Virus record (IMG/VR): IMGVR_UViG_3300014720_000019
Location: 32,001 to 96,000 of that record
Source: a virus
DNA length: 64,000 nucleotides
Strand: one strand, 5' to 3'
The notes under the pieces are model-generated. The model made no database searches. It had not been told where the DNA came from and saw only the letters and a program-made list of their open reading frames with translations. Positions 48,237 to 59,700 of the stretch are shown piece after piece. The position numbers were made by a program, and so were the translations under genes. The stretch's first letter is position 1. Every line of letters starts with the position of its first letter.

Positions 48237-49979
48237 ATGGGCAGACCACAAGCTGAATACACTACAAAAGACTTCTTAAATGATTTATTAGCAGATCTAA
48301 CGGAGGTCACAATAAACACGCCACAAGGTAGCAATATAGACATTGTTACCTTTGCTAATTCAATACTATTTAATGATGGTGATACTAAGTTATGGCCAAC
48401 ACAAGAAGCCATATTAAAGGCCATATATAATGAGCCCCTTGATCAAGTACATAAAGACATACTTAATCTATGGAGAGAACAAGGAAAGACTAATTGGTTA
48501 GAGGGCAGACATTATACCAACTTAATACTAGAAGCTGGAAGAGGCGCTTCTAAGTCAAGTCTAAGTTCTATTATATGTTTATATGAGTTTTATACACTCA
48601 TATCATTAAAAGATCCAGGTCTTCATTATGGTCTGATGTCCTTCTCCCCAATAGCCTTATTTGCAATAGCACAAACAGCAGACCAAGTATCAGAGACAAG
48701 TTTTAAAGCTATTAAGTCCTTTCTAGAGAACTCTAACTTCTTTAAATCTCTTATCAAGAAGAAGAAAATAATAGTACTCAGTGATGAGATTAGATGTCCT
48801 GATAAATTTGTATCACTTTTTGCTAAGCATACCAACTCTAAAGCACTAGTTGGTTATAACTTAAAGATGTTATTTATTGATGAGATGGCCCGTTTTGAAA
48901 CAACAGCAGATGGTATTAATACTGGTTTAAATATATATCAGAACACTGGTAAGGGATTAAATAGATTCAAGGGAAAAGGTAAGAAGATAGTAGTATCATC
49001 TGCTTGGTCTTTTACTGATCCAATGGTAACACTTAAACACCAAGCACAAGGAGACCCCTACTCATTAGTAATGGAGTTAACATGTTTTGATGTTAATCCA
49101 ACCATTACTAGAAGTAATCCTGATGTGATATCTGAGTATGCCTCCGATCCAAAGAGAGCTAGACTAGAGTATGAGAACATAAGATCATCCAATGAAAGCG
49201 CCTTCTTTGAAGCCTCCTTATTAGATGAGTTATGTAAGATTCAATCATCAATTGATGTTACTGAATATAACTTAGACATTGAGGATAGAGGTTATAAAGG
49301 CATAAGAATTAATAGAATATCCAACATTAATAGTGCTTGTTTTATACATGTTGACACTAGTGTTAAGAAGGATGCAACAGCATTATCAATAGCAACTATC
49401 AATAATAATGGACAAATAGAAATAATAGGTGTAGCTTGTTGGACACCAGGCATTGATGAGTATGGTAAGTTTAGAGAGGTGTCATATATAAACATTGAAG
49501 AGATATTGATATACATATCACAATACATGAACATCATGTCTATATCATTTGATGGTTTTAACTCAAGTTCTCTAAATCAAAACTTATATAGTAGAGGCCT
49601 AAATACTAAGATAGTATCATTCTCAAGAGAGAAACAATTATCCTATTACAACTTACTTAGACAGTTAATACAAAGAGGTGACGTGTTATTTCCTAGAGAT
49701 AGTCCTTGGACGGGTATTATAAAAACCGATCTACCCTCACTAGTTATTAAAGACAATGGACAGATTGTTCATCCATATGGGTCTAAGGACTTACCAGACG
49801 CACTAGCTGTTTCTGTCTTTGAAGCTTATACATATGGTTCTGCTTGTAATCTTATTAATAAGATAGAGATGAACGCACCTAAACTATTGAATATAAATAC
49901 TCCTAGAAAGATAACAGTCGGAGGCTCTATAAATAGATTACAACAACATAAGCTGAGAGCTAAATATAACTATTACTAA
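48237..49979 (+). CDS. terL: Terminase large subunit
   Basis: PTQ adenine-binding motif, Walker A AGRGASKS, Walker B LFIDE, VVSSA; RNase H-like HVDTS...DATA, SFD and KDLPDA. Confidence 0.92.
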   Translation: MGRPQAEYTTKDFLNDLLADLTEVTINTPQGSNIDIVTFANSILFNDGDTKLWPTQEAILKAIYNEPLDQVHKDILNLWREQGKTNWLEGRHYTNLILEAGRGASKSSLSSIICLYEFYTLISLKDPGLHYGLMSFSPIALFAIAQTADQVSETSFKAIKSFLENSNFFKSLIKKKKIIVLSDEIRCPDKFVSLFAKHTNSKALVGYNLKMLFIDEMARFETTADGINTGLNIYQNTGKGLNRFKGKGKKIVVSSAWSFTDPMVTLKHQAQGDPYSLVMELTCFDVNPTITRSNPDVISEYASDPKRARLEYENIRSSNESAFFEASLLDELCKIQSSIDVTEYNLDIEDRGYKGIRINRISNINSACFIHVDTSVKKDATALSIATINNNGQIEIIGVACWTPGIDEYGKFREVSYINIEEILIYISQYMNIMSISFDGFNSSSLNQNLYSRGLNTKIVSFSREKQLSYYNLLRQLIQRGDVLFPRDSPWTGIIKTDLPSLVIKDNGQIVHPYGSKDLPDALAVSVFEAYTYGSACNLINKIEMNAPKLLNINTPRKITVGGSINRLQQHKLRAKYNYY

Positions 49980-49990
49980 CTACTAATAAC

Positions 49991-50776
49991 ATGCTTATAA
50001 GAACACCAATTATATTCACCTTAGAACCATTTATAGAAACACAACAAGATCCTATAATACCTCAACCAACTACAATAACCCCTGACAATGAGTTAGATTT
50101 AGTAACAGTGCCCATCTTCTTAGCACCTAGATACTATTTAAAGATAAGAGCCCCTCATAATATTAGAAATGATGCGTTTTATATACCATCTGATTACACA
50201 TACTATATTCCTTGGGAAGGTATATACAAAGATCAAATAAGACTAGCATTACCACCAACAATTGGGTGGGGAGAAGGCTCTTGTTACACCGTTGAATATT
50301 GGGAATGGACACCAGTTGTAAGACCCTTGTTATATAAGAAGAGACCTACTAAACACCGTCATATAAAGACTGAACACTGGTTAATACCCCATCCATCTAA
50401 TAGATATTTAGTCAATTATCAATACATAGATAGATATAGATTTAACACGTTAAAGTTAACACTGACATCAACTGGCTCTCCTATATCATTAGCTAATAAT
50501 AATGACGTATTAGTTGTGACATCTATTAATAAAACAAGTAACTATTCAATATCCCCTGTTATAGCTACTAATACAAGTCTAATACAAAGGGCTGTTAATT
50601 ATGACAAGACAGCAGACTTACTACTAACAACTGATATACCTACAGATCAAGTATTTACTATTAACTACATTAAACCAGTAGACATAAGAAACATTCTATT
50701 TAAGAACAGTTTATTCCCACAAAACATATATATTAACAACAGCACCTTCTTACAAAATCAACCAGTAACCTTTTAA
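49991..50776 (+). CDS. Hypothetical protein
   Basis: 261-aa ORF. Confidence 0.65.
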   Translation: MLIRTPIIFTLEPFIETQQDPIIPQPTTITPDNELDLVTVPIFLAPRYYLKIRAPHNIRNDAFYIPSDYTYYIPWEGIYKDQIRLALPPTIGWGEGSCYTVEYWEWTPVVRPLLYKKRPTKHRHIKTEHWLIPHPSNRYLVNYQYIDRYRFNTLKLTLTSTGSPISLANNNDVLVVTSINKTSNYSISPVIATNTSLIQRAVNYDKTADLLLTTDIPTDQVFTINYIKPVDIRNILFKNSLFPQNIYINNSTFLQNQPVTF

Positions 50777-50785
50777 CAAACAACA

Positions 50786-53700
50786 ATGAATCTACTTGGT
50801 AAAATTGCAACAGGATTAGGATTATATAGTGCCACCTCACTAGGATGGGGTGTACTTAATAATGACTTTAATCCATATCAACAAGGTGACTGGAATTGGC
50901 AATACAAAGGGGCCTCATACAGTGATAGAGTTGGTAATTTTACAATGTTTAGTGATAACAAAAGTAGATATAATGACTATTTAAAAGGCTATAACAAGAC
51001 AGTTGGATATGATTTTAACTTAGTTGGCATTGATCCACAGCAAGTTAAAAGACAACAAATAATAGAGGACAACTTATATAAACAAGGTACTCTATCTTCT
51101 AATGAGAATCTAGCACTTATTGGTAATCCAACTGGAGCTAATACAACATCTAGTAATAACTTAATACTAGAGAATAAAGTAGGTGGTAGATCATTATTTG
51201 TTACAAGTTTTAATGAAGAGAAAAAGAGGCCTAATTGGGTAGCTTATAACATTAGAAAGGAGAATCTTGGATCAACAGAAAGAGCAAACATATTTACGTA
51301 CGACACTAATGTTGATAGTAGATATCAGATGCTTGATAGTGGAGTAAAGGGCTTTCAAAGAGGCCACAACTTTCCATCATCTCTAGCAACTGCTAATGAG
51401 GATATAAACAAAGCAACATTTGTTATCACTAATATGACCGCACAAGCAGGAGAGCTAAACACTGGTGCATGGAAGTACTTGGAACACTATTTAAGAGATC
51501 AAGTAAAAGATAATAATCAACAAGTAGTTGTATTAAGTGGTAATTATGGCAGTGGTGGTATAGGAACACAAGGCTATAGAAAATATGTTGATGGAGTTGA
51601 AGTTCCAAGTATTATGTGGAAGGTTGCAATCTTCTTAGATAGTAATGGCAAAATATCATCTAATAGTAAAAGCATTGTTACCGCATTTCCTAACCAACAA
51701 AATGTTAATAGTGATTGGAGAAGATATCAATTAAAGAATGGTAATGATTTAAAGACTCTACTAAACACAGAAAGATTATTACCCGCCCTAGACAAAGAAA
51801 CAGAAGAGGCCGTCTTAAAAAATGCTTTTAGTTTGCCAGATGATAAGAGTAAACTATTAAGCTTAGATAATCTAGTAAATAACAACTTTATGAATGAAGC
51901 TGTTATATCTACTAGAGCAAGAGAGAAAGGCATTCATAATCCTTTACTAGGTCCCTTATTTGATCCTTCAAAGTCAATGAAGGGTGTTGTCATATCAAAC
52001 AAGAGAACTCACTCTGAATCATTTGAACTAGCTAGATACAATGCATCTATGATGGGTACTGGCCGTTTCACATCAGCAATAGAAGTGACTGATATGAGTA
52101 CAGTGCAAGGCCTAATGTATCTAGCAAAAGGAGATCAAATGACATGGGGGGATAAGAAGATAGCAGAGGTGTTTGATTATGCTGCTAATTCACCCTCTTT
52201 AGCATCTAGGATTAATGAGTACTTCTTTATACCTAATGGCATGGGTAGAGTGTATAAAGAAGAGAAGGGCTTTATACCCTCATTATTTGGTGCTGTTGGT
52301 GCTCTCATTGATCAATCATATATAACTAATAACCCAGTATTAAAGTCATATAAGAGTGACGCTGACAGTTACTACACAACAAAGAATAGTATATTTCAAG
52401 ACTTACTAGAAAACTCATCAGCAGCCATACTAGCAACAACCTCATCAATTGGTGTGTACTTAGCAGTTGGTGAGCCTTTAAAGGCAATGCTGTCTAAGAG
52501 CATATTAGACACACAAAAGGCCCTAATAGATGCGTCTGACAGTCACTCCATTAAGAAGAATAGTAGTACTAGTAGTAATCCACTAGTTAGACAATTGACA
52601 GAAGCAAAACATAGAATTGCTAATGTATTAATTGGAGGAGATAAAGACACAAATGTTGGCTTTAAGTTGCAACAGATTGAAAGAGCAATGGGGCCAAATG
52701 CAAACACGCCATACTATGATGTAAAGAATGGCACCTTATCAGCCTACTATCTTGACAACTATGCTAGATATAGAGGAGCATCATTCTTTGAATCAACCGC
52801 ACAACACTTCTTATTAGACATAGTTAATCCATACACTGTTGGCAAGGCTGAATATATAAAACTTAGAAGCGCTATTAATGATTATGTTAATGAGGTGTAT
52901 AGACCTGCTGATATTAAGATCGTTGATAGAGCTAAGCCTATATCAGGTGTAGCTAGAACAATTGAATGGGCATCAGAGACAATTGATATTGACTTTAATG
53001 GTGATAAGAGAGCTATTAAGATTGGCACTGCAATAGAAGCAATCAGAAATAAGACCGCCTTAGTTGATCCTACCAATAAAGGTGTAACTAGAGCTATGGA
53101 TTCTGTTCTAATTGATGAGATTAATGACGTTGTTAATAAGAAGTATGCAGTAGATATTACTAATGTGTCACTAGAAAGAAGCATGATACTTGCTAAGAAG
53201 ACACAAGCAATATTAAACCTAATACCTATGCCCTGGGCTTGGGGCATATTTGCTGGCAGGCAAGATAAAGTTACAGCCCCTATGATTGGTAACTTGTTAG
53301 ACATTGAAGGCTTTACAAGACATATTAATGCGTCTATTAGTAATCAAGGATTCTGGGGTGCTGCTAATGAGTTTATGTACTTCAACATTGATGGCAATAA
53401 CAGTAATAACGCTGCTTACAGAATAACTAATCACATAGCAACAAGTACTAGAGCAATACTAGCATTCAATGATAGAGGGGGCCAATCAAAGGCAGACTTA
53501 GAAGCAATTGAACAAGTTGCAAGTACATACTCTAATGCTGAGAAGGTAGTAGTAGAGAGACTTGATAAGGCTGAGAAAGCTAGATCATATAAGTCCTCAA
53601 CAACACTAGGTAGAGAGATATTTAACACTGACGCTTTAAATCAAGATGAAGTGTTAGAATTGTTAGACCTTGAAGCTAACTATCAAAGTGAATGGAAGAA

Positions 53701-56700
53701 AGCATCTGGTAGTAGAACCAACATAAAACAAATAACACTTGATGACACCTTATACAAGTATGCTAATAAGGGCAATGCTACTAATAGTTTAGGCTTCTCA
53801 TTACACACTCTAGACAAGGGCGGTGATTATACTGGCATGAAGATTGCCAGCACTAAACTAGCAGGTGCTAAGTGGATAGTTGGAGCCTTATTCATACCAC
53901 ACCTATTAGGTGTTGAGTTCTTACAAAGAAGTGGTGCCTCACTACTAACAACTGCACTACAACAATTAAACTTTAACAAGACAACAACTAACACAACAAT
54001 AGAACTACAATCTACTAACTTTGTATCTGGTAGAGAGTTTGCTAAGTACTTTGGTGCTAACAATAATATAGCTGATGTTATTGGTAATGTAGAGACATTA
54101 GTAGGATTAGCAGGTATTACAACATGGGCATGGAAGAACAGTTCATCGTTCATGCCTGAAATACATGCAAAGTTATATCAAGGTGATAATGTATTTAACT
54201 CAATAACAGAGATAGCAACAGAGTTAGATAGTAGTACTGGTAACTATAAGTTCAACGCTGTTAATGGTAGAGCAGCGATTGAAGGTGTATTAAATAATAA
54301 AGCTGGCAATATTAACTCCTTTAGAGCCAAGCTTGCTAGTGATAAAGAAGTAGTGTTTAGTGTTGTTAGAGATGGTTCTAAGATAGTAGGACTACAAACA
54401 TTAAACGCCCAAATTAAGAAGAACATGACTTCATTTGGCATAACATTAGGTCTATCATTAACAGCAATGCAGACGGCCAGATATGTTATTAGTTCTGCTA
54501 TTAATGGTGAAAGGCAGTTGACAGGATCAGCCTTACTATCTACCTATGCATTAGCAGTACCAGCAGTAATAATAGGTACAACATCAATAGCTGACAATAT
54601 AGCTCACACTGTTAACTTATTAAGCGGTGGTAAGACTGGATGGAATGATTATAAGCTTACATCTGCTGTTACACGGGGCCTTTTATGGACCACACAACAA
54701 ACTGCTAATATATTTGCTAAGAGTCCATTATTAGCAACAACAATAGCAGCAACAGGTCTATTAACAGCCTATATAAGTGGTGCTGCCAAATACTTAACTC
54801 CCTTTCAAGGTGACATCAACGGACCAAGGTTAGATGAGACAAACACTACTGCTATTACTAAATTAGGCAAGTATGTAGAGCATGTTAATAGAAAGATTAA
54901 TAATGCTTATAACAATGCTGAAGCAGATAAAGGTGACATAGCAGTTAGTGACACCGTATCACCACTAGAAGTTAATGGTGCTTTATTTGCCATAGCACTT
55001 AGTAAGATAATGAATCCAATACTATCATCACAGAAGGGTAGTACTGCATATGTTGTAGCAATACAATCACCAACACCAGTCTTTCAATACTACAGTGTTT
55101 ATAAGACTATAAAGGATAGTCAAGGCAACACATATTCAACGCTTAATCTAGGCTTACAAGGTCCACCAGCATTTGGCTTTGCACCTATCAACTTAAGTCT
55201 ACCAATAGCCTTTGCAATGAATGCAAGAAGCAATGATGGAATACTAATTAGAACGGGCTACCTGGGTACAGGTTTAATGCTGAATGAAAATAACAAAGAT
55301 AGCATGTCCATGCAAGACTATTTAAATTTATATGGTAATGTTGCTCTATGGAGTGGACTTGCTGTAAAAGGTGTTAGCACGTTATACAGTGTTAGAACAA
55401 AGGGTATTAATAAACAAATAACAAAGAGTGGAACACAGGCAGCATTACCACCCCTTGTACAATCAATGAAGGGAGGTAGAGATGCCTTCTTATCAACTAT
55501 TGGCACCTTACCTTTAAAGATAGCAGCACAATCATTTACCATTGCAACTGGTGATGTGAGAATGATGTCACTAAGATTAAGAGGTGGCTACTTATCAATG
55601 TTGCCAATTGGTATTAACGCACTAGTAATGGGTGCGTTTAGCAATCACTTATATGACGTGTTTAAACAAACAACACAACCCTATGTTGATAGAGAGAAGG
55701 CCAAAGATGATAAAGATCCAATAAGAGCTGTTCTTATTGGTGGTATGGCTATTACATATGGTATTAGAGATTATTATAAAAACACATTTCAAAGGGCTAA
55801 AGAGCTAACAAGATTAGAAGGCATACTATTAAATGGCACTGACAAGATTGCATATGATATGTCTTCAATTAACATATTCTCTAGTGCTGGTCAAAACAAA
55901 TATGTTAAAGGAGCTATTAAAGTATTAAACATTGTATCTGGTGCTGCTAGTCCAGTTATATCTAAGATAGCTCCATCAATATCAGCAGTAAAACAACTAT
56001 ATCAATCTGCAACCACTAATGTTAGTAGAGTGTTTAGCAGTACAAGTAGAAAAGCTAGATATGGCAAATCAGCAATTATGGGGGGCCTCTTCTACCACTT
56101 CATAACAGATCCAAAAGCAGGACTAATAAACCCAGAAGTAGCATTTGGTGATCTTAAGACACAAGAAGAAGATAAATATACATGGTCACCTAGAAGACTA
56201 ACAACTGTTGCTGGTGGTGCCTTATTATTTGCAGCAACTGCACACTTATCAGGTGTAACACCAGCAACACTAAACCCCTTTCAACCACTAAGATCGGAGG
56301 AGATATTTGATAGTTATAGAGCAAGGTTAGAGACAGTTGTTGAGTTGAGAGGAAAGAAGGGGCCACTTAACAATGTTAGATCTTGGTACAACGAGTATAG
56401 ACTAACAGCACAAAGTAGAGAGGTACAGACAATATTTGATGCCTTACAAAATGGCGATCCACTGATTGAAGAGTTAAAGAAGATAGAGACTGATCCAGCC
56501 ACTGGAAAGCCTGTAACAAGAACAATTGCCTATCTAACAAGTAATCCTCTATCAAATATAAAGAATCAAGCAGCCAATAATGCTAAAGATGTGATAGACA
56601 ATTTAAGCCAATTAGATCCAACAAACACTGGACACTTAGATCTAGTTAGTGCTGCTAAAGCTGATCCTAAAGCAGTATTAGATAAGTTGTATGTAGACGA

Positions 56701-59700
56701 TGGTATTGGTAAACCTAGAGTAAACATAGAAAAACACACAACAACCTTAGAGGCTATTGACTTTGCACATCCAAATGTAAGTACCAACATTAGAGTTAGT
56801 AGAATATCTAAGTTTGCAGTTGTAGGTGTTGGCTTAGGCGCTGGTTTAATGCTTAGCAATTATCTTGCTCAATCATTTGGATATAAGGACATACAAGATG
56901 CTTTTATAGGCGCTGGCAGCAATGATAAATATAGTCTAACTGAACAGATAAAGACTGGATTGATAGACTTACTAAAAATACAGACTAAACAGGATAGAGA
57001 GCACTCATATGATTTAGCAAAGGGATTAGTTGGACCCAACTTTAGAACTAGTAAGGGTGAGTTTCTATTAGCTCCAGAGAACACAGTAAAGGGATCAATT
57101 AATAAAGCAGTAAAGAATCTAAGCAACCTAGTAATAAGTAACGCTCCTAACACCTTTGTAGGCTTAGGAGCTGTTGGTATAACTGTTAGACCTGATGACA
57201 ATGATGTTAGAGTTAGAGACTACTTCCAACTACAATCAGCATCACAAGACTTTAGTAGTGCCATGTATTCAATGTCAGCAGTGTTTGGTTTACAGGAGCT
57301 TGCTAAGAAGGGCTTCCTTGCTAACACTATAATAGCCGCCACAAGAGGGGTTGATGATAAAGAATTAAATCAAGCACAACTTAGAAGTATTGCTACTAAT
57401 ATAATAACTGCTGTTTATAGTCAACCAATAAGAAAGCCAAAGGATAGGATTAAGTTTACCACTCCTAACAAGTTGATGTTAGAAGGTATGCAAGGTAACA
57501 GACAACTATCAATGTCTGTTACTAATAGATTAAAGAACCTACAAGCAATGTCATATGGCACCACAGAACAGTTAGCATTATACACATTGACTAACAACAT
57601 GTTTGTAGCTGATCCAGCAATACAAAATCAATTCTATAAAGCTCTTAGACAATTATCCTTACATGATGATCAAACAGGATTAGGAGAGCTCAATCAAAAC
57701 ACATTAATAGGGGGCAGACTAAATGTTAGCAGTGTAAAGATAAAGGGTAATAATGACAACCCATTCACACCATTTAAACTAACAACAGTTGAATCTAACA
57801 ATGAAGATGCCTTCTTTGAAATGCAAGGCATAGCAGTACAACTAACAACTAATCAATATCTAGAACAAAAGGATCTAGGTGAGATGTTGAAGGACAACAT
57901 TGCTAGATTCTATGCATCGTCATCACTACAAGGACTAGTTAATGCTTTACCTCCTGGTCTTGGATTAGTAGCACAAATACTAGCAGCAGTTGGTGGTATA
58001 GGTGTTGTTGCTAGCATGTTATACACTGCTGGTTATAGAGCATCAATGAATCAAGCATCTGTTGTAAATACAAGATTGTATGAACAACTAAACAAGTTTT
58101 ATGACAAGGATAATTGGTTCACAGACAATAAAGTGGAAGGAATAGAAACTCCTAACACTACTGGAACACACTATCTAACAGTAAAGAGAGCAGGTGTAGT
58201 ATTTGCAGTAGAAGAAGGACTTACCTCAACTCAAATACAAAAGTATCAAGATGATATTGACAAGTTACAAAGCAAACTAGCATTAAGCTTTGATCAATCT
58301 TATACTCAATTTAGTGATAGATATGGCGCTGAATATACCAATAACAAACAGAAGTTAGAAGCCTTTTATAATGACATTATTGATAGTAATAAAGTAACTG
58401 GTAGCACAACAACAGTACTAGCACAAAGAGATCAACTAATAGCTAGAAACTATGCTAAAGAGTTTCAACCAGTAATGGGTGTGGCCAATCAAACAGTAGT
58501 AACATATAACACCTCTAACAATCAAAGAATAACAGAGCATCTAATTGATCAGTTCACACAAAAGCAAGTATTAGATGCTTATTTAGAAGGCCAGCATTTA
58601 CAGCACTTAGAGATTGCCAAAAATTCAAAGGGTGCTATAAAACCTATGAGTATAAGAGACTTTACTGATAAGTATTATAAAAACATAACCTATGATGACC
58701 TATTAAATTCAAAAATAAAGGGCTTTGAAAGTAATGGCTACAACATCTTTGGTAAGGATAGATTTGCAACTAGAATGTCAATTAATCTTATAACTGAAGT
58801 GTATGCCGCCAAGTATGATTATATTATTGATACATTCTTTAACACTGTTGATGAGAGCATTGATGATGTATTTAAAATAAGAGATGACAACATTTATTCA
58901 AAGTTTACTAGTAACAGCATAAACGAGTTAGATCTAAACACACATACTTCTGTTAAGGCTCACGCTGCCAATAGAAGATTAGAGATGAAGATCCAACTTA
59001 GAGAGAATATAAAGACTAGAATGGATAGTATATTTGCTCCTAAGAAGACTGGTAAGTGGGCATGGTTAGATAGTCTATTAACCTTTGTTGGAGGCAACTC
59101 AACAGTAAGAGATAACATACAAGGTATGACCTTACAAGCTGGTGAGGCTGCAATGGATACAGTAAAGGGTATAAGAAGTGATTTAGGGGGCATGTTTAAT
59201 AGAACTGGACCAGTTCCAACCTATCTAACAACAGAGGCACAAGAAGCAGTAAAACAGGAGATTATTAAAAGAACTGGACAAGGGGTTAAAGGTTCAATGC
59301 CCGTATCTAGCATACCAGCACCCCTACAAAGTCAAGGAGCCACCTTATCCTTTGAGAATACACTATTAAGCTTTGGTAGTGGATTAATGGCCGCCTTTCA
59401 ATTCATGCAATTTGCATCAATGAATCTACTAACAATGAGAGCCGCAGCAAGTATATCCTCATCAAAGACTGGTGAAAGAGAGAAGGAGATGGCTAGAGAG
59501 GAGCTTGCTAAGGAGGGCTTTGAAAATATATTTGCTGCTATGTTTTGGGGCACAATACTAAGTGGTGAGTTGATAAAAGGATATGGTTTACCCCTAGCAG
59601 GAGGACTAGCTGCTGGTTATATTGGCTATGAGTTCTTATTTAATAAGAGAGGTATTGGCATGACAATAACTGGTGGTGCAGTTGGTGCTGGTTTATTTGC

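Noticed and set aside
10178-49979. Inteins or introns in capsid, sheath or terminase
   Set aside because: Sizes are normal and no splicing motifs were seen; the endonuclease lies outside the capsid CDS, behind a terminator.
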